Of a stretch of DNA of 64,000 nt, positions 19,202 through 29,819 are shown in pieces. Every line of letters begins with the position of its first letter. The stretch's first letter is position 1. The stretch comes from Candidatus Endomicrobiellum roisinitermitis (GTDB lineage: Bacteria > Elusimicrobiota > Endomicrobiia > Endomicrobiales > Endomicrobiaceae), in contig JAITSL010000033.1 of the NCBI GenBank assembly GCA_031287855.1, positions 1,163 through 65,162 on the forward strand. The letters run 5' to 3'. The notes under the pieces are model-generated. The model saw only the letters and a list, made by a program, of their open reading frames with translations, was not told the origin of the DNA and made no database searches. Both the position numbers and the translations under genes were made by a program.

Positions 19202-19714
19202 TTAGGCCCAAATTTCTTTTTCTTCCTTTTGGGCAATCACTTTCCTAATAGGATAAATAGGCATTACTACTTCTTCTGGTTTAAACCAAAGTTTAATCTC
19301 TCTTTGAGCTTCTAAAGGATCTGAAGAACAATGTACTACATTTTCATATACACCTTTTGTAGTTATTCTACCATAAGCCCCTCTTATAGAAACTGGGTCA
19401 GCTTCTTCAGGATTTGTTGCTCCTGCAATTTTTCTCATCCTTGCAATAGCATCTTCACCTTGATAAACAAAAGCTAGCACTCTATTCCAGGGTTCCCCGT
19501 ATATTTTACCTTGAATATAGTCTATAAGCTCCCCAAAAAAAGATTTATCTTTAAGTTGTTGATAATGAGCTTTTGCCAATTCTTCATTTACCTTAACAGC
19601 TTTTGCGCCTATAATAAGCATTCTTGCTTCAGAAAGCTTAGTTAAAATATTTCCTGTTAAAGACTTTTTTATACCATCCGGTTTAATTAAAATTAAAAGT
19701 TGTTCAATTGGCAT
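19202..19714 (-). CDS. ndk: Nucleoside-diphosphate kinase
   Basis: LILIKPDG start and NVVHCSSD active-site region. Confidence 0.8.
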   Translation of the reverse strand: MPIEQLLILIKPDGIKKSLTGNILTKLSEARMLIIGAKAVKVNEELAKAHYQQLKDKSFFGELIDYIQGKIYGEPWNRVLAFVYQGEDAIARMRKIAGATNPEEADPVSIRGAYGRITTKGVYENVVHCSSDPLEAQREIKLWFKPEEVVMPIYPIRKVIAQKEEKEIWA

Positions 19715-20511
19715 TAATTACTCCATTTTTTTAAATTTATTTTCTGTTTGAAAGCTCTATAATATTTTGCCCCAGTAAAAAGTATACCGGAAAGAACGTA
19801 TAAACTAAACAATATAAAAATAATATTTTGTGGAAATGTTATTATAAGAAACAAAAGTATTATTATTAGAACTAATAATCTAAACGCTTTCGGTTTTGAC
19901 AAATCCATTTTTTTAAACGATAAATATGTAATATTTGATACCATAAGTAAAGATAAAACTACTACAGTAACAGGCATTGCTTTAAAAAATATAGGCATAT
20001 TTTTCATAAGAATTGGAATTGTTTTAAATGTCAAATCTTGACCTGGAGAAGCAATAAAAAGCTCGTAACTTAACACAAAAGATATCAAAAGACCTGCAGA
20101 AGCTGGCGTTGGCAAACCAACAAAGGAAGTATGAACACTCCCATCTTGAAATTGAACATTAAATTTTGCAAGTCTTAGGGCACTACATACAACAAATAGA
20201 ACAGCAATAGCAAGCCCAACTTTTCCCATGGAATTTAAAACAAGCTGATACATCATAATAGAAGGAGCAACGCCAAAAGAAATTAAATCACTTAAAGAAT
20301 CCAGTTGCACGCCAAACTCGCTAGATGTCTTAGTAAGACGTGCAATTCTCCCATCAGTCATATCAAAAGCTATTGCAAATATTAAAAACCATGCAGCTTG
20401 ACTAAAATTACCTTCCAGAGAAGCTATTATAGATAAATAACCACAAGAAATATTTCCACAAGTAAACAAGCTTGGTAAGATATAAATTCCTTTTCTCAAC
20501 CTTCTATCCAT
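19714..20511 (-). CDS. pssA: CDP-diacylglycerol--serine O-phosphatidyltransferase
   Basis: CDP-alcohol phosphatidyltransferase motif DMTDGRIARLTKTSSEFGVQLDSLSDLISFG. Polytopic. Confidence 0.85.
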   Translation of the reverse strand: MDRRLRKGIYILPSLFTCGNISCGYLSIIASLEGNFSQAAWFLIFAIAFDMTDGRIARLTKTSSEFGVQLDSLSDLISFGVAPSIMMYQLVLNSMGKVGLAIAVLFVVCSALRLAKFNVQFQDGSVHTSFVGLPTPASAGLLISFVLSYELFIASPGQDLTFKTIPILMKNMPIFFKAMPVTVVVLSLLMVSNITYLSFKKMDLSKPKAFRLLVLIIILLFLIITFPQNIIFILFSLYVLSGILFTGAKYYRAFKQKINLKKWSN

Positions 20512-21145
20512 GGGTTATATCTCCCCATTTATTTAGAATAGCAAAAATAGTTACCCCTGAGACAACTTTGTCTCCAAATTTCACTTTAACATCCACATTC
20601 CTTGGCATATGAATATCCACTTGAGAACTAAACTTTATTACTCCTATCTTATCTCCAGCTTTTAAAATATCACCTGGCTTAACCCAAGAAACACATCTTC
20701 TAGCTAAAATACCAGCAATTTGCTTAACAATATACTTACCATATTCGTTTTCTATTGCTATAACATTTTGTTCATTAACTATATGAGCCTGAGGTTCCAT
20801 AGCTTTTAAAAATTTGCCAGGTTTATGCTCTACACTTACAACTTTCCCAGAAATTGGAGAACGCTGTAAATGCACATCTAAAACAGATAAAAAGACTCTT
20901 ACAACTTTTTCCATCTCATTTTCACTAACTTCTAAAACAGTACCATTGCAAGGAGAAAGAATTAACTTCTCACCTTTTGTTATTTCTATATTTGGATCCC
21001 TAAAAAAATATAAACAAAATAAAGAAACCAAAAGAAATAAAAAACCTAAAATATTTACTACAATACCAATATTTAAAAAAAATAACACCCAACTTAAAAC
21101 AAAAGTAGGGATGATAAAAGTGTACCCTTCTTTTACAATTCTCAT
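20504..21145 (-). CDS. psd: Phosphatidylserine decarboxylase (short type)
   Basis: 213 aa with an N-terminal TM and a C-terminal GVIKFSSQVD self-cleavage-like motif. Overlaps pssA. Confidence 0.75.
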   Translation of the reverse strand: MRIVKEGYTFIIPTFVLSWVLFFLNIGIVVNILGFLFLLVSLFCLYFFRDPNIEITKGEKLILSPCNGTVLEVSENEMEKVVRVFLSVLDVHLQRSPISGKVVSVEHKPGKFLKAMEPQAHIVNEQNVIAIENEYGKYIVKQIAGILARRCVSWVKPGDILKAGDKIGVIKFSSQVDIHMPRNVDVKVKFGDKVVSGVTIFAILNKWGDITHG

Positions 21146-21301
21146 TTAAATACCCTTTAATATTTTATAAGTTTAACTTTTTACTATAATATAGATAAAA
21201 ATAACACTAGTAAAATCAAATGATTTAACGATTCTACTAAAAATACCAATATCTGTCAAAATGCAAAAAAACCTGAAAAAACAATCACTTTTTTTAAATA
21301 T

Positions 21302-22388
21302 TCATATCTTCTTTTCTAATTTCCAAGACAAATATGCATCTATAAAACTATCTATTTCCCCATCCATCACTAAGTTAATTTGAGAAGTTTCATAACCTGT
21401 TCTGTGATCTTTCACAAGTTGATACGGCATAAAAACATAAGAACGTATTTGGCTACCCCATTCTATTGCCCCTTTCTCATTATAATGTTTTTCATAAGAA
21501 GCTCTTTGTTTTTCTTGTTCAAGTTCATATAATTTAGCTTTCAAAAGTTTCATAGCTGTTGCTCTATTTTTTATTTGAGATCTATCATTTTGAGATTGAA
21601 CAATAATACCTGTTGATATATGCGTAATTCTAACTGCAGAGTCTGTTTTATTTATGTGCTGCCCTCCAGCACCTGAAGCCCTATATGTATCAATCCTAAT
21701 ATCTTTATCTTCAATAACAATATTTATATTATCGTCTATTTCAGGAATAGCATCTACAGAACTAAAAGACGTATGTCTTCTTTTATTAGAGTCAAAAGGA
21801 GAAATACGCACCAATCTGTGGACCCCAATTTCTGACTGCAAAAATCCATAAGCATATTCGCCCTTTATAATCATTGTTATACTCTTAATACCTGCTTCAT
21901 CCCCATCCAAACTATCAACAACATCTACATTAAAACCTTTATCTTCAGCCCAACGAGAATACATTCTCACAAGCATTTGTGCCCAGTCACAAGACTCAGT
22001 ACCACCTGCTCCAGCATGTATAGACATAATTGCACTATTTTTATCATGCTGACTGCCTAATTTTGTTTTAGTTTCAAAAGCAGACAACTCTTTTTCAAGT
22101 TTTTTAGTATTTATTTCTATTTCAGATAAAGTATATTCGTCATTTTCCAAAACAGCCAACTCTTTCAAATCCATTAAATCTTGTACTTGGTTTTTCATGG
22201 ATGTCCAAGACTGATTTAAATTCTTTAAAGCATCAAGTTCAGACATAACTTTCTTTGCTTTACTTTGATCATTCCAAAAATTTGAATCAGATATTTCTCT
22301 TTCAAGCTCTCTGATTTTTTGTACTTTTGCATCTAAATCAAAGAGACCTCCTTAAAGCATATATTCTTTCTTTTTGCTTTTCTAACAT
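21302..22388 (-). CDS. prfB: Peptide chain release factor 2, requires programmed +1 frameshift
   Basis: ATG 22388 gives MLEKQKERIYALRRSL, then an in-frame TGA at 22340-22338. The +1 frame continues DLDAKVQKIRELEREISDSNFW into the listed ORF. SPF and GGQ regions are present (RASGAGGQHINK). Confidence 0.9.
22338..22352 (-). other. prfB programmed +1 frameshift site AGGAGG TCT CTT TGA
   Basis: Coding strand reads aggaggtctctttga: an internal SD-like AGGAGG, a 3-nt spacer, the slippery CTT and an in-frame TGA. Confidence 0.9.
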
Positions 22389-22406
22389 ACAAAATCCTCT
22401 TTTACA

Positions 22407-23996
22407 TTATTGTTTATTTTTTACAAAAAATTTAGCAAAAATTAATATTAATATTACAGAAAATATAAATAAGCTCATATACATACAAACATATACAAAT
22501 ATATCTCCATGCTCTGTATAAAAAGCTTTAAAGTCATTCTGCAAAAATGTTCTTTTTAACAACACACTTTTTGAAGACATCGTTTGACTTACAATAAAAC
22601 CAGATGCATTAATTATCCCAGAAATACCAGAATTAGCAGATACTAACAGTGGCTTTCTATTTTCAACAGCCCTAAATATGTTCATTATAAAATGTTGTTC
22701 TAGAGCTGCTGTATCAAAAAACCAAGAATCATCAGCTTGGGTTGTAAGCACTTTTGCTCCAGAAAGAACAAAACGCCTAGCAATATCTGGAAAAAAGTTC
22801 TCAGAACATATCATAGCCCCCAAATACATTTTTTCATTACTAAAAATTTGAGTATCGTCTCCTCTAACAAAATCCCCCATTTGATTTAAAACTCCAAAAA
22901 ATTTTGAAAGAAAAGTTTTGCATGGAATAAATTCCCCAAAAGGGACAAGATGGTTTTTTTTGTGAACAGAAATATAATCTCCATAAAAACCATTATTTTC
23001 AAAAGAAAACGTGGCGTTATAAGGTAAATCTTCTTCATAAAAATTAGAGCCTACTATATTTAACCCACCTGCAATATTTACAATATCTTTAACACTACCA
23101 TAAATATATTCATCTATAGGTATATATCCTGGCAACACTGTTTCTGGCCATAGGACCAAATCCGTTTTATGTTCAGAAATTTTATTAGCATACATCCTTA
23201 ACACTTCTAAAATATATGCTCGATAAGCATTATCCCATTTACAATTTTGGTCAATATTGGGTTGGACTATAGACACAGAAAATTCTTTCTCACCCAAAAA
23301 ATTAAACTTTTCTGCTCTTATTGCACCAAATATTAATATAATAAAAACAAAAGATAGCGGTAAATATAAATATTTCTTTTGACTTTTTTTAATCCAAAAA
23401 TAAAAACACAAATTACAAAATAATATTAAAAATGACACTCCATAAACACCACAAAATTCAGACAACTGTATAACTTCAATAAATTTAAATTGTGAATATC
23501 CAATCAACATCCACGGAAATCCTGTAAGAAAATATGTTCTCACATATTCTAATACTACCCACAAACAAGCACCAAAAATAATGACAAGAATATTTGCAAA
23601 TATTTGATTTTTAATTTTTTTTGTATTTCTATAAACAAAAGATAAGAGTAATGCCCAAAATCCCCAATATAAAGATAAATATGCCCACAAACAACAAGAA
23701 CTTACAATTGTTTGCAAATGTGAACCTGTGTAGAATTCCAACGTCGGCAATAGCCAATAAAGCCCTACAGCATTAAAAACAAAACCTGCAGTAAAACCAT
23801 AAAGAAACGATTTTTTAAAATCATTTCTTGTAACTACAAAAAGTAACGGTATAAATGCTATATATACAAAAAAAAATAAATTAAACTTTGGGAATGAAAT
23901 TACAGCTAGCACCCCTGTAATACAACAAAATATAACATCTATATATTTTTTTTTAAAACTACTAGTCAATCTAGTTTTGGTCAACCACATATTCAT
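22407..23996 (-). CDS. lnt: Apolipoprotein N-acyltransferase
   Basis: N-terminal polytopic region plus a CN-hydrolase domain (LVLWPETV, HKKNHLVPFGEFIP, AMICSENFF). Confidence 0.85.
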   Translation of the reverse strand: MNMWLTKTRLTSSFKKKYIDVIFCCITGVLAVISFPKFNLFFFVYIAFIPLLFVVTRNDFKKSFLYGFTAGFVFNAVGLYWLLPTLEFYTGSHLQTIVSSCCLWAYLSLYWGFWALLLSFVYRNTKKIKNQIFANILVIIFGACLWVVLEYVRTYFLTGFPWMLIGYSQFKFIEVIQLSEFCGVYGVSFLILFCNLCFYFWIKKSQKKYLYLPLSFVFIILIFGAIRAEKFNFLGEKEFSVSIVQPNIDQNCKWDNAYRAYILEVLRMYANKISEHKTDLVLWPETVLPGYIPIDEYIYGSVKDIVNIAGGLNIVGSNFYEEDLPYNATFSFENNGFYGDYISVHKKNHLVPFGEFIPCKTFLSKFFGVLNQMGDFVRGDDTQIFSNEKMYLGAMICSENFFPDIARRFVLSGAKVLTTQADDSWFFDTAALEQHFIMNIFRAVENRKPLLVSANSGISGIINASGFIVSQTMSSKSVLLKRTFLQNDFKAFYTEHGDIFVYVCMYMSLFIFSVILILIFAKFFVKNKQ

Positions 23997-24073
23997 TTAC
24001 ACAATGCCACCATGCTAAGATATTTAATTTTATAGTTCATTACTTTTACTATTTATGAACAAGTTGTACAAAT

Positions 24074-26686
24074 TTACCTTGCACTACAACACTTCTTATA
24101 TTTTTTCCCACTACCACAAGGACAAGGATCATTTCTCCCAACTTTATTTAAATCATTAATCTTTTTGGAGTTTGTTATCTCTTTTTTATTTTTAAAAACA
24201 GAACTCGAACTTACAACTTCAGAACCGCTACTGTTAGTTTGTGACTGAGATTTTATATTTACTTGGACCTTAAAAATATACTCTATGGTATTTTCTCTAA
24301 TCCTTTTCATCATAGATTCAAACAAAGCAAAAGATTCCTTTTGGTACTCTATTTTAGGATCTTTTTGAGCATAAGCTCTAAAACCTATACCTCTTTTCAA
24401 TTGGTCAAGCTCGTATAGATGATCTTTCCAAGAAGAATCTATCATCTGTAAAAGAACCATCCTCTGTATTTGAGCCATAAGCTCTGGAGTAAGGTCCTCT
24501 TTTCTTTTTTCATAAACTTCTAAAATTTTATCGTAAATATCTTTAAAGAAAGCTTCTCTTGTTAAAAAGTTTACCCCTTTTTTATCTACTATTTCATAAT
24601 TAATACCAAAAGTTCTAAAAAGCCATGCATTTATATTTGCAAAATCCCATTCTTCTGAATATTTTGCAGATGCCCATATATCAAGTTTTTCTTCTATGGA
24701 TTCATCAATCATATCCTTTATAGTATCTGAAATATCCTCACCTTCCAGAATCTCATTTCTTAAATTATACACAGCTTCTCTTTGCTTATTCATAACATTA
24801 TCAAAATCTATTAGTTGTTTTCTTATGTCAAAATTCATACCTTCCACTTTTTTTTGAGCACCTTCTATGGCTTTTGTTATCCAAGGATGCTGAATGTTTT
24901 CATCTCCTTTTAACCCAAACCTTTGCATCATAACAGTCATTCTATCTGAACCAAAAAGACGCATAAGTTCATCTTCCATAGAAAGAAAAAACCTTGTAGA
25001 ACCCGGATCTCCTTGTCTTCCGGAACGCCCTCTTAACTGATTATCTATTCTCCTAGATTCATGACGTTCTGTTCCTATTATATGTAAACCACCTAAATCC
25101 TTAACCTCTTGATTCTGCAACTGATCCTGTGCCCCAAGAACAATATCTGTACCTCTTCCAGCCATATTTGTAGCTATTGTAACAGCTCTTTTAGCTCCAG
25201 CAGCAGAGATTATTTGTGCTTCAAGTTCATGATATTTCGCATTTAAAACCTGATGCGGAATACCTCTATGTCTTAACATAAAAGCTATCTTTTCTGATTT
25301 TTCTATTGACCGTGTTCCAACAAGAACAGGTTGTCCTTTTCTCCAACATTCTTCTATTTCATTGACTATAGCTTTATCTTTTTCTTTCTCTGTTCTATAA
25401 ATAACATCTGGATAATCTTTCCTCTGCATAGGGTTGTTTGTAGGAATTTCTACCACACCAAGTTTATAAATTTCCCAGAACTCTGCAGACTCTGTTGAAG
25501 CTGTACCTGTCATACCTGATATTTTTTTATACATTCTAAAAAAGTTTTGAAAAGTTATAGTAGCAAGCGTATGGTTTTCAGCTGCAATTTTTAAATTTTC
25601 CTTTGCTTCTACAGCTTGGTGAAGTCCATCTGACCACCTTCTTCCAGGCATAAGTCTACCAGTAAACTCATCAACTATTATCACCTCACCATTTTTTACA
25701 ACATACTCAACATCTTTTCGATATAAATTATGCGCTCTTATAGCTTGAGTTATATGATGCACCCATTCAGATTCTAAATCATCATAAATATTTTTAACAC
25801 CTAATATTTTTTCTGCTTTTAAAATACCTTGCTCTGTCAAAACTACAGAATGGTTTTTTTCGTCAAGAAGAAAGTCATAACCTTTTGACAAATCTATATT
25901 ATCATACTTTGCCTTTATTTCTTCACTTTCTGTAACTTTTCTACCTTTTAACATAGGGACAATTCTATCTGAAATATAGTACTTATCACTAGACTCTTGT
26001 GCACCTCCAGATATAATAAGTGGAGTTCTTGCTTCATCAATAAGAATCGAGTCAACTTCATCTATAATTGCATAATTTAAAGGACGCAAAGCTCTTTCCT
26101 CTTTTGAGGTAACCATATTATCTCTTAAATAATCAAAACCCAGCTCATTATTTGTAACATAAGTTATATCACAATTGTAAGCTTGCCTTCTTTCTTCGTT
26201 TTTTGCTTCATGTCCAACATTACCAACTCTAAGCCCTAGCTTTTCATAAACCACACCCATCCACTCTTTATCCCTTTTTGCTAAATAGTCATTAACTGTT
26301 ACAATATGCACACCTTTTTCAGGCAAAGCATTTAAATAAGCTGCAAGAGTTGCAACTAAAGTTTTACCTTCCCCTGTCTTCATTTCAGCTATTTTACCTT
26401 TGTGTAAAATATAACCGCCTATTATTTGAACATCAAAATGTCTTAACCCTATTGTTCTAACAGAAGCTTCTCGAACACAAGCAAAAGCTTCCGGCAAAAT
26501 ATCATCTAAAGTTTCACCTTTGGCAATACGCTCTCTAAATTCAATAGTTTTGTTTCTTAAACCTTCATCTGAAAGTTGTTTTATAGTCATCTCTAAAGCA
26601 TTAACCTTGTCCACAATAGGTTTTATTGCTTTTATATCTCTTTCATTTTGAGAACCAAAAATTAAACCAAGAATAGCTTTTAGCAT
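24074..26686 (-). CDS. secA: Preprotein translocase ATPase SecA
   Basis: Full SecA pattern (MKTGEGKTL, DEVDSILIDEARTPLIISG) and a C-terminal zinc motif CPCGSGKKYKKCC. Confidence 0.95.
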   Translation of the reverse strand: MLKAILGLIFGSQNERDIKAIKPIVDKVNALEMTIKQLSDEGLRNKTIEFRERIAKGETLDDILPEAFACVREASVRTIGLRHFDVQIIGGYILHKGKIAEMKTGEGKTLVATLAAYLNALPEKGVHIVTVNDYLAKRDKEWMGVVYEKLGLRVGNVGHEAKNEERRQAYNCDITYVTNNELGFDYLRDNMVTSKEERALRPLNYAIIDEVDSILIDEARTPLIISGGAQESSDKYYISDRIVPMLKGRKVTESEEIKAKYDNIDLSKGYDFLLDEKNHSVVLTEQGILKAEKILGVKNIYDDLESEWVHHITQAIRAHNLYRKDVEYVVKNGEVIIVDEFTGRLMPGRRWSDGLHQAVEAKENLKIAAENHTLATITFQNFFRMYKKISGMTGTASTESAEFWEIYKLGVVEIPTNNPMQRKDYPDVIYRTEKEKDKAIVNEIEECWRKGQPVLVGTRSIEKSEKIAFMLRHRGIPHQVLNAKYHELEAQIISAAGAKRAVTIATNMAGRGTDIVLGAQDQLQNQEVKDLGGLHIIGTERHESRRIDNQLRGRSGRQGDPGSTRFFLSMEDELMRLFGSDRMTVMMQRFGLKGDENIQHPWITKAIEGAQKKVEGMNFDIRKQLIDFDNVMNKQREAVYNLRNEILEGEDISDTIKDMIDESIEEKLDIWASAKYSEEWDFANINAWLFRTFGINYEIVDKKGVNFLTREAFFKDIYDKILEVYEKRKEDLTPELMAQIQRMVLLQMIDSSWKDHLYELDQLKRGIGFRAYAQKDPKIEYQKESFALFESMMKRIRENTIEYIFKVQVNIKSQSQTNSSGSEVVSSSSVFKNKKEITNSKKINDLNKVGRNDPCPCGSGKKYKKCCSAR

Positions 26687-27078
26687 TAGTTTCCACCTTA
26701 TATATAATTAACTTTATTATTATATTGTACATCTTTATTATCTTTTTGAAAAAATTGATATATAAAGAAGCAGCTTTAGTCAACAGCTATGTGCTTACGC
26801 CCGTTAGGTTGGAAATGGATACTATTTCCTAATCTCTTTTATTTTCACTAAAGCATACTCTTTGACACCTTCTACCAAAACTTTATATCTGTAATTTAGT
26901 TATACAAGCCATACGATATTGCATCTGTACGCACAGTGGGCTTATTTGCATCCTTCTATTTTACCATACTTATTCAAAAAAAGAGTTGGCAACCTGTTAC
27001 ACCCGTAGTTTCTAAGAGGTTTATTATGACAGACAAATGGGATTGTTAAAAGAAGTGAGTTTTATGTTTAAATAATAA

Positions 27079-29067
27079 TTAAATTAATTCTGATGGCATA
27101 ATCTCTGTTATAATAGACGTCCCTGTAGATTGTTTTATGTTTTCGCTAAACTTTGTAATTTTTAATATATTATCTCTTTTCCCTTTAATTATTATATATC
27201 TTCTAAAAACATTATTTAATTTTGCAATATATGCTACTACTGGGCCCAAAAGGATCAAATTTAATCCATATTCCTCATTTAAATCTTTAAACAAATACAA
27301 AAGCTTTTGAGAATCTATCCCTGTTCTTTTTTCATTTTTATTTTTTATAGTAATTTTTGCAATGTCACAATATGGCGGATAATTTAATTTCCTTCTTTGC
27401 TCTATTTCCCTATTATAAAAAGATATATAATCATTCTTTTTTGCATATTCTATTGCATAATGAGAACTATGGTTTGTTTGCACTATAACACTACCCTTTA
27501 CTTCTCCCCTTCCGCTACGTCCTGAAACTTGCGTTATAAGTTGAAATGTTTTCTCTACAGATTTAAAACCCGGCAAATATAAAGATGTGTCTGCATCTAC
27601 AACACAAACCAAACTTACTTGGGGGAAATTAAACCCCTTAGCAATCATCTGAGTGCCAATTAATATGTCAAATTCTAAATTCTTTATACCATTGTAAGCT
27701 TTATCATAGCTCTTTTTTGATGTAGCAGTATCACCATCAAGCCTAAAAATTTTTGCATTAGGAAAAAGTTTTCTTAACTCATCTTCAACTTTTTGCGTAC
27801 CAGTACCAAACACTGTTATCTGTCTACTTGCACACGTAGGACAAATTATAGGCAAATTTTTAGTCGCTCCACAATAATGGCATTTTAGAGTATCTGGATT
27901 TCTATGAAAGACCATAGATATAGAGCATCTTGGGCATTGATAAACATTGCCACACTGTCTGCATATTAAAGTAGGAGAATATCCTCTACGATTTAAAAAA
28001 ATCATAGCCTGTTCTTTTTTGGCAATTGTGTTTGATATTGCTTCAACAGTTTCAGGTATAAATAAACTAGATCTAGGCCTATTATTTAATGGTACCACTT
28101 TTATTTCCGGTAAACTTTTTTTACCAACACGTTCTTTCATTTCTATTAAAGTAATTCTTTTTTCTAAAGCATCTTTATAAGTTTCTAAAGACGGCGTAGC
28201 TGAACCAAACACTACAACTCCATTATTATATTTAGCTCTCCATTTTGCTATTTCTCTAGCATCGTAAGATGGTTTTTGGTCTTGCTTATAAGTATATTCG
28301 TGCTCTTCATCAACAATTATAAGACCTAAGTTTTTAAAAGGGGCAAAAACAGCAGATCTTGCTCCAAGCATAACTTTTATTTCGCCATTTTGTGCTTTCA
28401 AAAATAGTTGATATTTTACAATATTACTTATATTGCTGTGCCAAACACCTAAATTTTCTCCAAATCTTTGCGTCATAATATTAACAAATTGACTTGTAAG
28501 AGAAATCTCTGGTATAAGCATTATGGCACTTTTACCTACTGCTAAAGCTTTTTCTATGGCTTTTATATAAACTTCTGTTTTGCCAGAAGCTGTTATTCCA
28601 TGAATTAAAAAACAAGAATTTACGCTCTTTTCTAATGAAGAGTTTATTAGAGATAGGGCGTTTGTTTGCCAAGAATTTAAAATATGTCTTTCTTGAGCAT
28701 TACAATCTTTTGGACCCTTAACTTTAAAAGCTCTCTTTGAAGTTTTCATTGAAATAGGCACAACAGATGCCAATGCCTCACCAAAAGAACAAACATAATT
28801 GTTTGCAATGTAGTTACTTAACTCAATAGTTTCTTGTGTAATAAGAGGCTTGTTATCTAAAACTTCAACAACTGTCTTAAAATTTAATTCAGGTATAGTG
28901 TCTAAATCTATATCCTTTAAAGCAATTACATACCCAACTAAAACCCTATTTGCAAAAGGAACTTTGACTCTTTTACCAACAAAATTTTTGGGTTCTATAT
29001 TTTCTAAGGGGAGATAATAAAAAGTTTTATTGAAAGGAATAGGGACAACTACTTCTAAAACAATCAT
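27079..29067 (-). CDS. priA: Primosomal replication restart helicase PriA
   Basis: Walker A GITASGKTE, DEEHE box, Cys-rich zinc insertion (CRQCGNVYQCPRCS...CHYCG...CPTC). Confidence 0.9.
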   Translation of the reverse strand: MIVLEVVVPIPFNKTFYYLPLENIEPKNFVGKRVKVPFANRVLVGYVIALKDIDLDTIPELNFKTVVEVLDNKPLITQETIELSNYIANNYVCSFGEALASVVPISMKTSKRAFKVKGPKDCNAQERHILNSWQTNALSLINSSLEKSVNSCFLIHGITASGKTEVYIKAIEKALAVGKSAIMLIPEISLTSQFVNIMTQRFGENLGVWHSNISNIVKYQLFLKAQNGEIKVMLGARSAVFAPFKNLGLIIVDEEHEYTYKQDQKPSYDAREIAKWRAKYNNGVVVFGSATPSLETYKDALEKRITLIEMKERVGKKSLPEIKVVPLNNRPRSSLFIPETVEAISNTIAKKEQAMIFLNRRGYSPTLICRQCGNVYQCPRCSISMVFHRNPDTLKCHYCGATKNLPIICPTCASRQITVFGTGTQKVEDELRKLFPNAKIFRLDGDTATSKKSYDKAYNGIKNLEFDILIGTQMIAKGFNFPQVSLVCVVDADTSLYLPGFKSVEKTFQLITQVSGRSGRGEVKGSVIVQTNHSSHYAIEYAKKNDYISFYNREIEQRRKLNYPPYCDIAKITIKNKNEKRTGIDSQKLLYLFKDLNEEYGLNLILLGPVVAYIAKLNNVFRRYIIIKGKRDNILKITKFSENIKQSTGTSIITEIMPSELI

Positions 29068-29819
29068 ATTTCACCAGTACTTAAAAAATGCATGACTTTT
29101 TTCATGTCTTCCCAAACAAACTTTTTTAAACTAGGGTTACGAAGCAAAGCTGCCGGGTGATATGTAGGTATAAGTTTAGCATTATTATATTCTTGCAATG
29201 TGCCTCTTATTTTACTTATGGGGTCTTCATTATTTAAAAGCCCTTTAGTAGAAGACGCTCCTAAAGTAACAATAATTTTAGGTTTTATAATATCTATTTG
29301 CATGTCCAAATATCTTTTACAAACTTGCATTTCTGAAGGTGTTGGAGGCCTATCATTTTCTCGTTTTTCTGGGTTGGAGGGATCTATCATAGGGTGACAT
29401 TTAACAATATTTGCTATGTATACAGTATCTCTGGTTTGGCTCATAGCTTCAATAATTTTAGTTAAAAGTTGACCTGCTTTCCCAATAAATGGCTCCCCTT
29501 TATGGTCTTCATCATATCCGGGGCCTTCTCCAACAAACATTAAATCTGCATTTTCAAAACCTTCTCCAAAAACAGCATTCAAACGTGTTTTGCACAAAGG
29601 ACAACCCTTACAATCTTTTACTTGCTGCCTTAAATTGTCTAACTGCTCTTTAGCATTCAAAGGTTTTACTGTAAAAGTTTTTTGTTGTTCTTCTAGAATC
29701 GTCTTATTATTAGACAATTCTTGACTAGCTTTATAAACTTCTGTTTCTCCCCAGTTATTATAATCTTCTAGAGTTGTCTTTGCAAAGCTTAATATTTTCA
29801 AATATTTTAACTGTTTCAT
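29064..29819 (-). CDS. Uracil-DNA glycosylase, family 4
   Basis: CKGCPLC and FVGEGPGYDEDHKGEPFIGKAGQLL motifs. The true start is uncertain because the listed ORF overlaps coaB by 62 nt. Confidence 0.8.
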   Translation of the reverse strand: MKQLKYLKILSFAKTTLEDYNNWGETEVYKASQELSNNKTILEEQQKTFTVKPLNAKEQLDNLRQQVKDCKGCPLCKTRLNAVFGEGFENADLMFVGEGPGYDEDHKGEPFIGKAGQLLTKIIEAMSQTRDTVYIANIVKCHPMIDPSNPEKRENDRPPTPSEMQVCKRYLDMQIDIIKPKIIVTLGASSTKGLLNNEDPISKIRGTLQEYNNAKLIPTYHPAALLRNPSLKKFVWEDMKKVMHFLSTGEI

